64,000 nucleotides of DNA, taken from positions 72,623-136,622 of the forward strand of contig CAVQEA010000020.1 in assembly GCA_963711395.1 (NCBI GenBank), given 5' to 3'. Origin of the DNA: an uncultured delta proteobacterium. GTDB taxonomy: Bacteria; Desulfobacterota; Binatia; JACPRU01. Both the position numbers and the translations under genes were made by a program. The notes beneath the pieces were generated by a model. That model saw nothing but the letters and a program-made list of their open reading frames with translations. It did not search any database and had not been told where the DNA came from. Shown here in pieces: positions 48,038-55,247 of the stretch; the stretch's first letter is position 1, and each line of letters opens with the position of its first letter.

Positions 48038-49318
48038 ATGCTGGACATCCGCGCGATTCGCGAGCGCCCCGAATTCTTCGGCGCCGAGCTCGCCAAGGTC
48101 GGGTACGGCGCCGAGGAGCTCGCGGCTCTGCTAGCCGCGGATGAGCGGCGCCGGCGGCTGATCCACGACGTCGAGCGCCGACGGGCGGATCGCTCCAAGG
48201 GGTCGCGGGAGATCGGCAAGATCGCCGACGCCGCGGAGCGGGCGGCGGCGGTCGCGGAGATGAAGCAGGCGGGGGAGGAGCTCGGGCGTCTCGAGAAGGA
48301 GCTGGCGGAGTCGGAGGCCGCGTTCGAGCAACTGAGCTTGGAGGTGCCGAACGTTCCTCACCCGGCCGTTCCCGTCGGCCGCGACGAGCGCGACAACCGC
48401 GTGCTGCGCACGGTCGGGGAGGAGCTGCAGGTGGGTTTCACGCCGCGGCCGCACTGGGAGATCGGACCGGAGCTGGGCGTGCTCGATTTCGAGCGCGGGG
48501 TGAAGATCTCCGGCTCGCGGTTCTACGTGCTGATGGAGGCGGGAGCGCGGCTGCAGCGGGCGCTGATCGCCTGGATGATCGACCTGCACGTGCGCGAGCA
48601 CGGATACGTCGAGGTCTACCCGCCGGCGATGGTGAAGCGCGAGTGCCTCGTCGGCACGGGTAACCTCCCGAAGTTCGGTGACAACCTCTACCGCGACGCC
48701 GAAGAGGACCTCTGGTTCGTGCCGACGGCGGAGGTTCCGGTCACCAATCTCCACCGCGACGAGATCCTCGACGCGGCCCGCCTGCCGGCTCGCTATGTCG
48801 CCTACACGCCGTGCTTCCGGCGCGAGAAGATGAGCGCGGGAAGAGACGTCCGGGGCATCAAGCGCGGCCATCAATTCGACAAGGTCGAGATGGTGAAGCT
48901 CGTGCACCCGGACGAGTCCGACGCAGAGCTCGATTCGCTGCTCGCCGATGCCGAGGACGTCTGCCGTCGGCTCGGCCTTCGCTACCGCGTCGTGGAGATG
49001 TGCACCGGAGACCTGAGCTTCACCGCGGCCCGCAAATTCGACATCGAGGTTTGGGCCGCCGGTTGCCAGGAGTGGCTCGAGGTGAGCTCCTGCTCGAACT
49101 TCCGCGACTTCCAAGCGCGCCGTGCGAGCATCCGGTTTCGTCCCCGTGGCGGGGGGAAGCCGGAGCTCGTGCACACGCTGAACGGCAGCGGTCTCGCGCT
49201 GCCCCGCGTCTTGATCGCCGTCCTCGAGAACTTCCAGAACGCGGACGGGACGATCACCGTGCCCGAGGTGCTGCGCCCTTACGCCGGGGGGATGTCGGTC
49301 TTCGGCCGGCGGCCGTAG
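48038..49318 (+). CDS. serS: Seryl-tRNA synthetase
   Basis: Intact 426 aa. MLDIRAIRE, a coiled-coil arm, FYVLMEAGARLQRALIAWMID, FRREKMSAGRDVRGIKRGHQFDKVEM, TLNGSGLALPRVLIAVLEN. Confidence 0.95.
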   Translation: MLDIRAIRERPEFFGAELAKVGYGAEELAALLAADERRRRLIHDVERRRADRSKGSREIGKIADAAERAAAVAEMKQAGEELGRLEKELAESEAAFEQLSLEVPNVPHPAVPVGRDERDNRVLRTVGEELQVGFTPRPHWEIGPELGVLDFERGVKISGSRFYVLMEAGARLQRALIAWMIDLHVREHGYVEVYPPAMVKRECLVGTGNLPKFGDNLYRDAEEDLWFVPTAEVPVTNLHRDEILDAARLPARYVAYTPCFRREKMSAGRDVRGIKRGHQFDKVEMVKLVHPDESDAELDSLLADAEDVCRRLGLRYRVVEMCTGDLSFTAARKFDIEVWAAGCQEWLEVSSCSNFRDFQARRASIRFRPRGGGKPELVHTLNGSGLALPRVLIAVLENFQNADGTITVPEVLRPYAGGMSVFGRRP

Positions 49319-49406
49319 GGGGACGTTCCTACTTTGGTTACGTTCTTCGGACTGAAGCACAAGCAAGTCCCCCGGCAAAGAACGTAACCAAAGTAGGAAC
49401 GTCCCC
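49319..49406. repeat. Perfect 29-bp inverted repeat (arms 49319..49347 and 49378..49406) around a 30-nt loop, starting 1 nt after the serS stop
   Basis: The left arm is ggggacgttcctactttggttacgttctt. The right arm is its exact reverse complement, aagaacgtaaccaaagtaggaacgtcccc. The arms are visibly AT-richer than the surroundings, and no U-tract follows on either strand. Confidence 0.9.
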
Positions 49407-49415
49407 GCGCGCTGC

Positions 49416-49444
49416 TTCAAATCGACGAGAATCGCGTGTATTGT
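49416..49444 (+). promoter_or_regulatory. Candidate sigma-70-type promoter (TTCAAA-17 nt-TATTGT)
   Basis: The hexamers at 49416..49421 and 49439..49444 have 17-nt spacing, and each matches 4 of 6 consensus positions. This is the only promoter-like element upstream of the orphan unit. Confidence 0.25.
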
Positions 49445-49450
49445 AAGACT

Positions 49451-49908
49451 ACGGTCGGAGTCTCACGAACTCCTTGGCGTGCCGACTCTCGCAATCCGGC
49501 GAGACGGTGCGAGACCGGGCCTCGGGCCGGCATCGGCGGCCGGTTCCTGGCTGGCAGGTGATCTGGACCTGCATGGTGCCCGCGCCGAGGGAGGAGGTGA
49601 TCCAGCCATGGTAGATTTTCCAATGGTGACGTGTGAGGTGGTGGGTCCTTAGGCCGGGTCACCCGATGAGTTGCCAACACGGGTGGTAACAGCCTGGGGC
49701 GTCCAGGCACCACCGACCCGGGCGGCTCCCGCAAGCCACGCCGCGACAGGGGGTCCCTCCGAGAGCTCGATTTCACGAGGTCTCGGATGGGCCCCCTGAG
49801 GACACGCGGCGGGGAGTCACCCTGCGGGCGCTCGAATCAGGCGAAACAGAAGCCGTCTGGGTTTGAAGCAGGGGAGGGAGCCGGATGATTCCGGCTCCCT
49901 CCTTCATT
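49451..49908 (+). ncRNA. Candidate orphan structured transcript (about 460 nt), class unassigned
   Basis: It lies between convergent genes (serS ends 49318; the minus gene ends 49938). It has no credible long ORF and many local GC-rich helices. A plus-oriented terminator hairpin sits at its 3' end and a promoter-like element at its 5' end. Confidence 0.35.
49608..49652 (+). CDS. 14-codon mini-ORF (MVDFPMVTCEVVGP) behind an extended Shine-Dalgarno
   Basis: ATG 49608 is immediately preceded by AGGAGGTGATCCAGCC (49592..49607). TAG is at 49650..49652. Coding status is unproven. Confidence 0.25.
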   Translation: MVDFPMVTCEVVGP

Positions 49909-49910
49909 TC
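49873..49910 (+). terminator. Intrinsic-terminator-like hairpin
   Basis: A 12-bp perfect GC-rich stem (ggagggagccgg / ccggctccctcc), a 6-nt loop (atgatt), then ttcatttc. The minus-strand reading lacks a U-tract, but the hairpin could still serve the convergent gene ending at 49938. Confidence 0.6.
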
Positions 49911-49937
49911 GGGCGCGACGGCGCGGTCAACCGGCGA

Positions 49938-51164
49938 TCAATCAATCACCCACAGTGAACCGGGGCCGTTTCCTTGGTGGAAGGCGACGTAGACTTTCCC
50001 TTGAAATACCGTCGCCCAGTATGCGCCGGCCTCCGGCCCGGCCGGTGACCAGCCGGGGCCGCTGACCTCGTCCCAGGTAGTACCGTCCCCGGTCTTGAAC
50101 ACGAATCCCCGGGACTCGCCCCCCGTCTGGTAGCCGACCACGTAGAGATTTCCGCGATTGGTCACCATGAAGTTCGATGAACGGTTCACGGGGTCGCCGA
50201 AGCCGTTCGCGTTCACCTTCTGCCAATCGGCGAACGGTACCGTCGACTGCTGAGGGTTGGCCCGCCAAACTTCCGTACCCTCGAATATGTTCCAGGTGCC
50301 GGCGTACAGATCACCCTTGAAGAACTCCATCGCGATGATGTTGTGATTGAGGGTGTTACCGAACCCACTGACGTTCACCTGCGCCCATTGTCCGTTGCCG
50401 TTGGTTCGGAAGACGGGCGCTCCGGGAAAAGGCGTTCGAGCCGCCTCGATGCCGGCGTAGAGAAAGCCGTTGCCAGAGATCATGTTCGCGGCATCGGTGT
50501 TGCGAGGCTCACCAAACGCCTTCGGCGCCGCTTGGCTCCAGGCATTGCCGTTCGCGGTGCGCCAAATCTCCGTGCCTTCGTTGAAGTTGAAGGTGCCCGC
50601 GTAGAGTTGGCCTCCGAAGACCTCGAAGCCGTGAAACGCCGAGTCGTTTCGGTTCCCCATGCCGTTCGTGAAGACGGTCTCCCAGACGATGTCGTTCGCA
50701 TCGGGCGCATCGGCATTGGCCCGAAAGACCGAGCCGCCCTCCGCCTCGTTCCACGAGCTGACGTACAGCCTTCCGTTGAACCACGCGAAACTGACGACGA
50801 CAAAGTTCGCCGGGTTGCCGTCGATGCCACCCTGGCTGATGCGCTCGAAAGTCTCGCCGTCGCGAGATCGATACACGGTCATGCCCTCGACGTTGTTCCA
50901 CGTGCCGGCGAACAAGTAGCCCTGTGCCGCGTGAACGCGACCGACCCCTATGTTGTTCGGATTCCCGAATCCGTCGCCGTTGACGCGCCGGAGCTGTTCG
51001 GCGGAAGTGGCGGCGCTCGATTCTTGGCCGCGACCTTCGCGGGTTGCAGTCGTTTGAGGAGCTTCCCCCTGGCAGGCGACCGCCAACATGGCGACGACGG
51101 CCAACGCTCGGCCATACCACGAGCTGCCGAGCACAGCGGCGTACCTGGGAAGCGTCGTGGCCAT
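49938..51164 (-). CDS. Seven-bladed beta-propeller lipoprotein/exported protein
   Basis: ATG 51164 follows AAGGGAG. The N-terminus is MATTLPRYAAVLGSSWYGRALAVVAMLAVAC. There are seven repeats of the type G.LYAGT(W/F)N..EG.E(V/I)WR..(N/D)G..W. Confidence 0.75.
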   Translation of the reverse strand: MATTLPRYAAVLGSSWYGRALAVVAMLAVACQGEAPQTTATREGRGQESSAATSAEQLRRVNGDGFGNPNNIGVGRVHAAQGYLFAGTWNNVEGMTVYRSRDGETFERISQGGIDGNPANFVVVSFAWFNGRLYVSSWNEAEGGSVFRANADAPDANDIVWETVFTNGMGNRNDSAFHGFEVFGGQLYAGTFNFNEGTEIWRTANGNAWSQAAPKAFGEPRNTDAANMISGNGFLYAGIEAARTPFPGAPVFRTNGNGQWAQVNVSGFGNTLNHNIIAMEFFKGDLYAGTWNIFEGTEVWRANPQQSTVPFADWQKVNANGFGDPVNRSSNFMVTNRGNLYVVGYQTGGESRGFVFKTGDGTTWDEVSGPGWSPAGPEAGAYWATVFQGKVYVAFHQGNGPGSLWVID

Positions 51165-51400
51165 CGTCACGCTCCCTTCCACGGAAGCGCACTTGCTGTC
51201 CACGAGAGCGGTCAAGCCCTGCTGCTTTGGCGCCTGTCGAGAACGGTTGGTCGGGAATCGGGCGAGAGGGCTTCGTCGCCGAGGATCTAGTGAGCGAGAC
51301 CGCGAAATGTCGGAGAAACCATGCTTTATTGGCGGCGAGGGGTCTCGGCATCGATGGTGGACGCTCGGGAGCAATCAACGATCCGCGGAGCAAAGGCCTG

Positions 51401-51760
51401 ATGGCGCTGACCATCGAAGAGCGCCTCACGGCAGCGATCGCCAGCATGTTCAACTTCTACGCCGAGGAGCATTGGCAGCAGTGGGCAAAGCTTTGGCTGA
51501 GCGAAAGAGATCGTAGCCCGGGCACGGCGTTCGCCATGGAAGACTACCTGCGGGATCTCGGCAGCGGTCCAGACTACGCACGGGCTCTCTTCGCGCGGGC
51601 CTCGATCGGGGTTGCCCAGACGTTGGCTTCGTTGGCTGGAACGCTGGCGAAGCGCAAGGAGATCGGCCAAGACGTCGAAGAGCTCGGCGACACTGTCGAC
51701 AGAACGCAGCGCTACATCTTTGCGTTGATCAAGGCCGCAATAAGACCGGCCTCACCGTAG
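51401..51760 (+). CDS. Hypothetical protein (predicted helical)
   Basis: An internal ATG at 51401 of ORF 51044..51760 gives 119 aa, MALTIEERLTAAIASMFNFYAEEHWQQWAKLWL... The upstream part of the ORF is antisense to the propeller gene. Confidence 0.45.
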   Translation: MALTIEERLTAAIASMFNFYAEEHWQQWAKLWLSERDRSPGTAFAMEDYLRDLGSGPDYARALFARASIGVAQTLASLAGTLAKRKEIGQDVEELGDTVDRTQRYIFALIKAAIRPASP

Positions 51761-51970
51761 ACGTGGCATCGACCCGCTCTCTCGTGATCGAGTTTTCGAG
51801 CTGTCGAAGGAATCGGCTGGGCTGCGGGCCAACTGAGCGGCCGCCACTTCTACGCGCTCGGGAGACCCGGCGATGATCTCCGGTTATCTCGGCAAGAGCG
51901 ACGTCTTCGATCGGGCGAGGGCCGCTTGGACGCTGCAGCCGTCGAGTAGCCATCGGCCTTGTTCGATGCC

Positions 51971-53680
51971 TCAGGCGCTGACGCCGTGGCGCAAGAGCTT
52001 GCCCGGCGTGGCGCCAGTGCAGCGGTCGTTCTCGAAGGTCACCTGGCCGTTGACGATGATCCACTTGTAGCCTTGGGAGCGCTGCACCCGCCGCCATTCG
52101 TTCCCAGGCAGATCGTGCACGACCTCGATCGGCAGCACATTGAGCTCATTGAAGTCGTACACGACGACGTCCGCCGGCGCGCCCTCGCGCAGGAAGCCGC
52201 GGTCCTTGAAGCCGGCGCAGAAGGCCGGCAGTGCGCTCAGACGCCAATGGATCTGCTCCAGGGTAAGCCACTGCCTCTCGCGACAATACTTGACGATGCC
52301 CTCGGTCGGATATCTGCCCGCGGTCAGGAACTTGGTGTGCGCGCCGCCGTCACTCACGCCGAAGGGGATGTCGGACCGGTCGATCAATTCCTTCATCAGG
52401 TCCATGTTCTGGTTTACCGCCGGGGCGAAGAACTCGGTCTTGAGATCTTCCGACACCGCCAGGTCGAGCATCACGTCGACCGGATGCTTCCCGGTCTGGA
52501 CGGCGGCCTTGCGCAAAGTCAGCCCTTCGAGCTGCTTGTTCGCCGCCTGGGTGCAATCAGTGATGATGATTTCGTCGAAGTAGCTGGTGACGAGACTCTC
52601 GCGCGGCATCTGGTTCTTCAGCGCCTCGCGCCGGCGCGGGTCGCCCAGCTTCTCGCGGCGCTCTGCCACCGTGCCGGTCGTCGCCTCGCGCCAGGCATCG
52701 GAGTCGTCGAACAGGTTCCAGTCCTCGAACGTGAAGCTCAGGCCGGCATCGGTGGTGACGCCCTGTCCGTAAACCCGCAGACCGCGCTGGCGGCAGCGTT
52801 CGAGCCATTTGAGCGTATTGCGATGGCGATGGGGGAAGCGATCCTGGGTCGCCACCACCTCGAACATGATGGGCCGGCCGCTGACCTCGGCGAGTAGCTC
52901 GTAGTGCTTGGCGTCCTGCCTCGGATCCCAGCTCGACAGCGTCATCTCCTGGAAGCCCTCGCCACGCTCACCCAAGACCCGGGCCATCTCGGCGCAGGTC
53001 TCGTCGTGCATCACGTCGGTGTTCATCGGCGAGCCGTCGAAGTCGCGCTGCACCGAGGACGGCCCGTTGGGAACCAGCCGCTGCGCCGACCAACCGCAGG
53101 CCCCCGCGTCCATCGCCTCGTGCAGGATCCGACGCATCGCCGCATGCTCGTCGTCGGTCGGCATTCGCCCGGTCTTGGACTCTTCGATGCCCATGACGTA
53201 GCCGAGCAGGGGATTCATCGGCAGGTACGGCAGCAGGTTGACGCCCTTCGGCTGACGGTCGAGCGCGTCCATGAACTGCGGATAGGTTTCCCAGTCGAAC
53301 TTGAGCGCCGCCTGCATCGACGCGAGTGGAATTGCCTCGGTGCGCACCATGGTCAACATCGCGCGCTCGGCGTTCGGCTTATGCACCGGGGCGAAGCCGA
53401 AGCCGCAGTTGCCGATCACCACCGAGGTGACGCCGTGCCAGCCCGAGATCGTCAGGTAGGGGTCCCAGAAAATCTGAGCGTCGTAGTGGGTGTGCAGGTC
53501 GATGAACCCGGGGGCAACGATCAGGCCGTCGGCCTCGATCACCCTGGTTGCCTCATGCGGCATGATGCGACCGATCTTCGCGATGCGGCCGTGCTTGATT
53601 CCGATGTCATCACGGAAACGCGGCGAGCTCGTTCCGTCGACGATCATCCCGTTCTTCACCACCAGGTCGAATTCCGGCAT
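51971..53680 (-). CDS. N-acyl-D-amino-acid deacylase (D-aminoacylase) family amidohydrolase
   Basis: Intact 569 aa. DLVVKNGMIVDGT, VAPGFIDLHTHYD, GVTSVVIGNCGFGFAP, GVSDGGAH. Confidence 0.9.
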   Translation of the reverse strand: MPEFDLVVKNGMIVDGTSSPRFRDDIGIKHGRIAKIGRIMPHEATRVIEADGLIVAPGFIDLHTHYDAQIFWDPYLTISGWHGVTSVVIGNCGFGFAPVHKPNAERAMLTMVRTEAIPLASMQAALKFDWETYPQFMDALDRQPKGVNLLPYLPMNPLLGYVMGIEESKTGRMPTDDEHAAMRRILHEAMDAGACGWSAQRLVPNGPSSVQRDFDGSPMNTDVMHDETCAEMARVLGERGEGFQEMTLSSWDPRQDAKHYELLAEVSGRPIMFEVVATQDRFPHRHRNTLKWLERCRQRGLRVYGQGVTTDAGLSFTFEDWNLFDDSDAWREATTGTVAERREKLGDPRRREALKNQMPRESLVTSYFDEIIITDCTQAANKQLEGLTLRKAAVQTGKHPVDVMLDLAVSEDLKTEFFAPAVNQNMDLMKELIDRSDIPFGVSDGGAHTKFLTAGRYPTEGIVKYCRERQWLTLEQIHWRLSALPAFCAGFKDRGFLREGAPADVVVYDFNELNVLPIEVVHDLPGNEWRRVQRSQGYKWIIVNGQVTFENDRCTGATPGKLLRHGVSA

Positions 53681-53842
53681 GTGGAGCTCCTTTGCGCGCT
53701 TTGGCCATCCTTATGTATCGGCTTCGCAGCCCGATTGTCGACCTCCAGCCATCGTCGGACCAGCGACAGCAACGCGAGGCGATGTGGATAGGATTCGCAA
53801 AGCCGGCTAGGGTCTGGTCCGCGGTGGGAAGGGGCAGCGACA

Positions 53843-54052
53843 ATGAGCAGTTCTACGTTTAAGTGTGGACAGGTCAGCGACGCTTCTGGCGTTTACCGTT
53901 CGGAGTGCTGTGGCACGGAACGTTCGGTACCAGAGGGCCACCGATTTCCACCATGCCAAAGCTCGCAGGCGATTCGTGGAACACCGGCCTATAGACGATG
54001 CGCCCACGCAAACGCGAAATGGAGACTCATTCGGAAAGCGCCTCCGCCGTGA
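53843..54052 (+). CDS. Small Cys-rich (zinc-ribbon-like) protein, weak
   Basis: 69-aa ORF. FKCGQVSDASGVYRSECCGTERSVPEGHRFPPC resembles small FKC..GvY...C......G..FPPC proteins. The C-terminal half is poorly protein-like. Confidence 0.35.
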   Translation: MSSSTFKCGQVSDASGVYRSECCGTERSVPEGHRFPPCQSSQAIRGTPAYRRCAHANAKWRLIRKAPPP

Positions 54053-54093
54053 TGGCCGTCAAGATGCACAAGCGGCTATCCAATTCTCTATGT

Positions 54094-55195
54094 TCATCCG
54101 TGGTCATCCGTGTTCATCTGTGGTCTCAGGCCGTTCAGCAAGTGCACGGCCGCGCGGTAGGTCAGCTCGGCGATGAAGTCGCCGCGGTACGGCGGGCTGC
54201 GCCTCGGTGAAGACGACGAGCACGAACTGGCGGCCCGACGGCGTCGCGCACGATGCCGGCGTCGGCGTAGATCGGGCCCCACGTGCCGCTCTTGGCGTAG
54301 ACCTCGAGGCCGGGCAGTGCGCGCCGCGCCGCCGGCGATGCGCGCCGCGAGGTGCGGCTGCTCGCTTCGGATCGCGCCGCATGCGCCGGCGCACGGTCGC
54401 CGAGTCCTCCGGCGTGAGCGCGCGATCGGTGGCGAGCAGCGCCAGCAGCTCGCGGTGCCGATCGCGGTCATCGCCTTGCGGTTGGGGAACTCGTCGCCGC
54501 GGCTCGGCAGCCCGCCCGCGACGCTGCGGTCGCGAGGAACTGCACGTCGCGGCCGAACAGATCGCCGTCGCCGTCGTAGGTCGGGTTCACGCAGTGCAGG
54601 TCCGTGATGCCGAGCGTCGCGCAGCCAGCGCTCGACGCGTCAGCCGCCGCTCGCGGAAGTCCGCGTACGCCGTCGGGCGGCAGCTCGGGGCCCGGCTGCG
54701 GTGTCGGTGAGGCGCGCGAAGACCTTCTGCGTCGCCTGGTTGCTGCTCTCGCGGATCATTGCGTCGAGCAGGTCGTCGAGCTCGGCGTCGATGCTGCAGC
54801 GTGCCCTGCTCCTGCCACGCGTACGCCGCCATCAGGTAGACGAACTTGACGACGCTCGCCGGGTAGATCGGCACCGTCGCCGTGGCGCTGCGCGAGCCGC
54901 GGCGGCTCGGCGTGCGCCGAGATCGAGCAGCGCGACGCGCAGCGTCGGCGCGGCGCAGCGCCGGGTCGGCCGCGAGCAGCGCGTCGACGGTGCGGTCGAG
55001 GAACGCCTGCAGCTCGGGCGACGGCTCGGATCGAGGCGAGGTAGTCGCGCGCGCGGCCGGCTCGGCGCGCGCCGCCGGCGCGAGCAGCGACGCAGCGAGG
55101 ATGCAGCGACGGCGCACGAACGACCGCGCATCCGGCTGCGGGTCCGCTGACGCATCGCTTGCCGAACGGCGCGCCGCAGTGTCGTCGTGGGCCAT
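54094..55195 (-). pseudogene. Class A beta-lactamase-like serine hydrolase, exported; multiple frame changes
   Basis: - ATG at 55195.
- Signal-like segment RRCILAASLLAPAARA.
- SxxK context TVPIYPASVVKFVYLMAAYAWQEQGTL.
- Further pieces in other frames: IDAELDDLLDAMIRESSNQATQKVFARL, GRQFVLVVFTEAQP, GDFIAELTYRAAVHLLNGL. Confidence 0.65.
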
Positions 55196-55247
55196 TGGAC
55201 GGTCCCGCGTCAATGGCGTAAGCGGCGCCGGGCGCAGGGAGGATCCG

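Noticed and set aside
49441-49910. Assignment as RNase P RNA, tmRNA, SRP RNA, a 16S rRNA fragment, or a cobalamin/TPP/c-di-GMP riboswitch
   Set aside because: - RNase P: there is no GGAAAGUCCGG P4 strand and only a loose ACAGAAGCCGUCUGGG.
- tmRNA: there is no tRNA-like acceptor/T-arm and no tag ORF.
- 16S: similarity is limited to the terminal 16 nt.
- Riboswitches: there are partial resemblances (AGAUCACCUGCC to the B12 box, UGAUCUGGA to TPP, CCGGCCUAA to GEMM-I), but the rest of each core is missing and there is no downstream gene to regulate.
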